Shown here: piece after piece, positions 62,924 to 64,000 of the stretch
Numbering within the stretch: position 1 is the first letter of the stretch
Layout of the letters: each line of letters begins with the position of its first letter
Program-made: the position numbers and the translations under genes
Assembly (NCBI GenBank): GCA_040437565.1
Contig: JBDOQK010000003.1
Location: forward strand, 372,001-436,000
DNA: 64,000 bases
Reading direction: 5' to 3'
Source of the DNA: Albugo candida
Taxonomy: Eukaryota
Notes under the pieces: model-generated
What the model saw: the letters and a program-made list of their open reading frames with translations, nothing else
Databases searched by the model: none
What the model was told of the DNA's origin: nothing

Positions 62924-63947
62924 TCACTCAGCGCAATACATACACGCGCACGCTGACGATTTAGTGGCATTGGTCTTCGTTGACCACGCCTTTCTGATGA
63001 TAGCTTGAAATAGATTAGACACAATGTCGCATACTCGATTGAACACTTNNNNNNNNNNNNNNNNNNNNNNNNNNNNNNNNNNNNNNNNNNNNNNNNNNNN
63101 NNNNNNNNNNNNNNNNNNNNNNNNNNNNNNNNNNNNNNNNNNNNNNNNGAACACTTTGTACAAACCTTGGATTAATTGCTTTGTGTTGCTTCCTGTAGGA
63201 AGCTTTCTATAACGACAGTGAGGCACGAACGTGCTTTCCCATTTTACGATTTTACCGATCAACCTGCCGAAAATGCTATTACAGTTTGAAATGATCTTTT
63301 CCAACAATATCGGCTGCTTCTGAACTCGGTCTTTGTCTCCAATCGACAAAGCGATGCCGTAACCCATGTTTTTCGACTGCGGGACGTAGATTACTTTTGC
63401 AAAGCAATTAAAAAGTATGCGCAAGCAGAGCAAACATTCAAGGATAGCATAGCTATTGTACAGACAGCAAGAATATGTCGAATACTTATACTTCAACAAT
63501 GATCATGGAGACACGTGCTCGATATAGGTAGACAAAATTGATGAAACACTCATTCAAGCGCAAATTGTAGCGCAAAAGAGTTGATTCTATTGAGCAGATT
63601 ATGTGGTCTGACTTAATCATCTTGATGCATACTTCCATTTATGAATTCGTTGGATGATTAGTGCTAGATTCACCAGGTTCGCCCAAAATTCCACACGCTC
63701 GGTCGATCACATACACCACCGATATTACACATAGGGTAAAATAGTGCCAAGCAATCGAGATGACACAGGTGTCACGGAGAACTTTGCCGGCTAGATTCGA
63801 TAATTGCTTGCCCATGTTGGCATGACTATCAGTCTCGCAGTAAAGCACTCTATATATCAAGTCCATCACTGCCACACCAATAATGAGACTATTTCTTGGC
63901 AACAAAATTTTGCGCGCAACTTTTAAAACGGACATAGCCTGAATCAA
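62924..63947 (-). pseudogene. Fragmented Cys-containing ORF relic, possibly effector-like
   Basis: Successive minus-strand ORF fragments including ECLLCLRILFNC. No family is recognised with certainty. Confidence 0.2.
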
Positions 63948-64000
63948 AACCTTTTCGGCACTCTCACGAACTGTAAGACAGAAGGGACTTGCCGACCGGA

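Noticed and set aside
1..64000. tRNA, rRNA, CRISPR arrays, prokaryotic operons or defence systems
   Set aside because: None recognised by eye. The bacterial-type genes are embedded among intron-containing eukaryotic genes. A tRNAscan/Infernal run would be needed to exclude small RNAs.

Overview
Eukaryotic draft scaffold with 13 placeholder gaps of 100 N. The compact gene spacing, short GT-AG introns, oomycete-type INR/FPR promoter motifs and gene content point to an oomycete, probably Albugo-like (inference). Housekeeping genes: an intron-containing valyl-tRNA synthetase, a partial RlmN-type radical SAM methyltransferase, TAF1, HslU, SYS1, an EF-hand protein, a FadE-type acyl-CoA dehydrogenase and a STK11IP/nischarin-like LRR protein. 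These are interleaved with a dynamic accessory compartment. It holds two intact candidate secreted proteins (8370-8821, two exons; 53311-54054) and several effector-like relics. A ~7 kb tandem duplication lost a different gene in each copy. An inverted duplication brackets TAF1, and there is a head-to-head gene pair with a pseudogene third copy. Two 5'-truncated L1/Tx1-like retroelements have clear TSDs and a shared non-poly(A) 3' end. A Merlin-like TIR element has an 8-bp TSD, and its empty site is visible in the paralogous copy. Several exact duplications flanking gaps are probably assembly artefacts. No tRNA, rRNA or CRISPR array was recognised.
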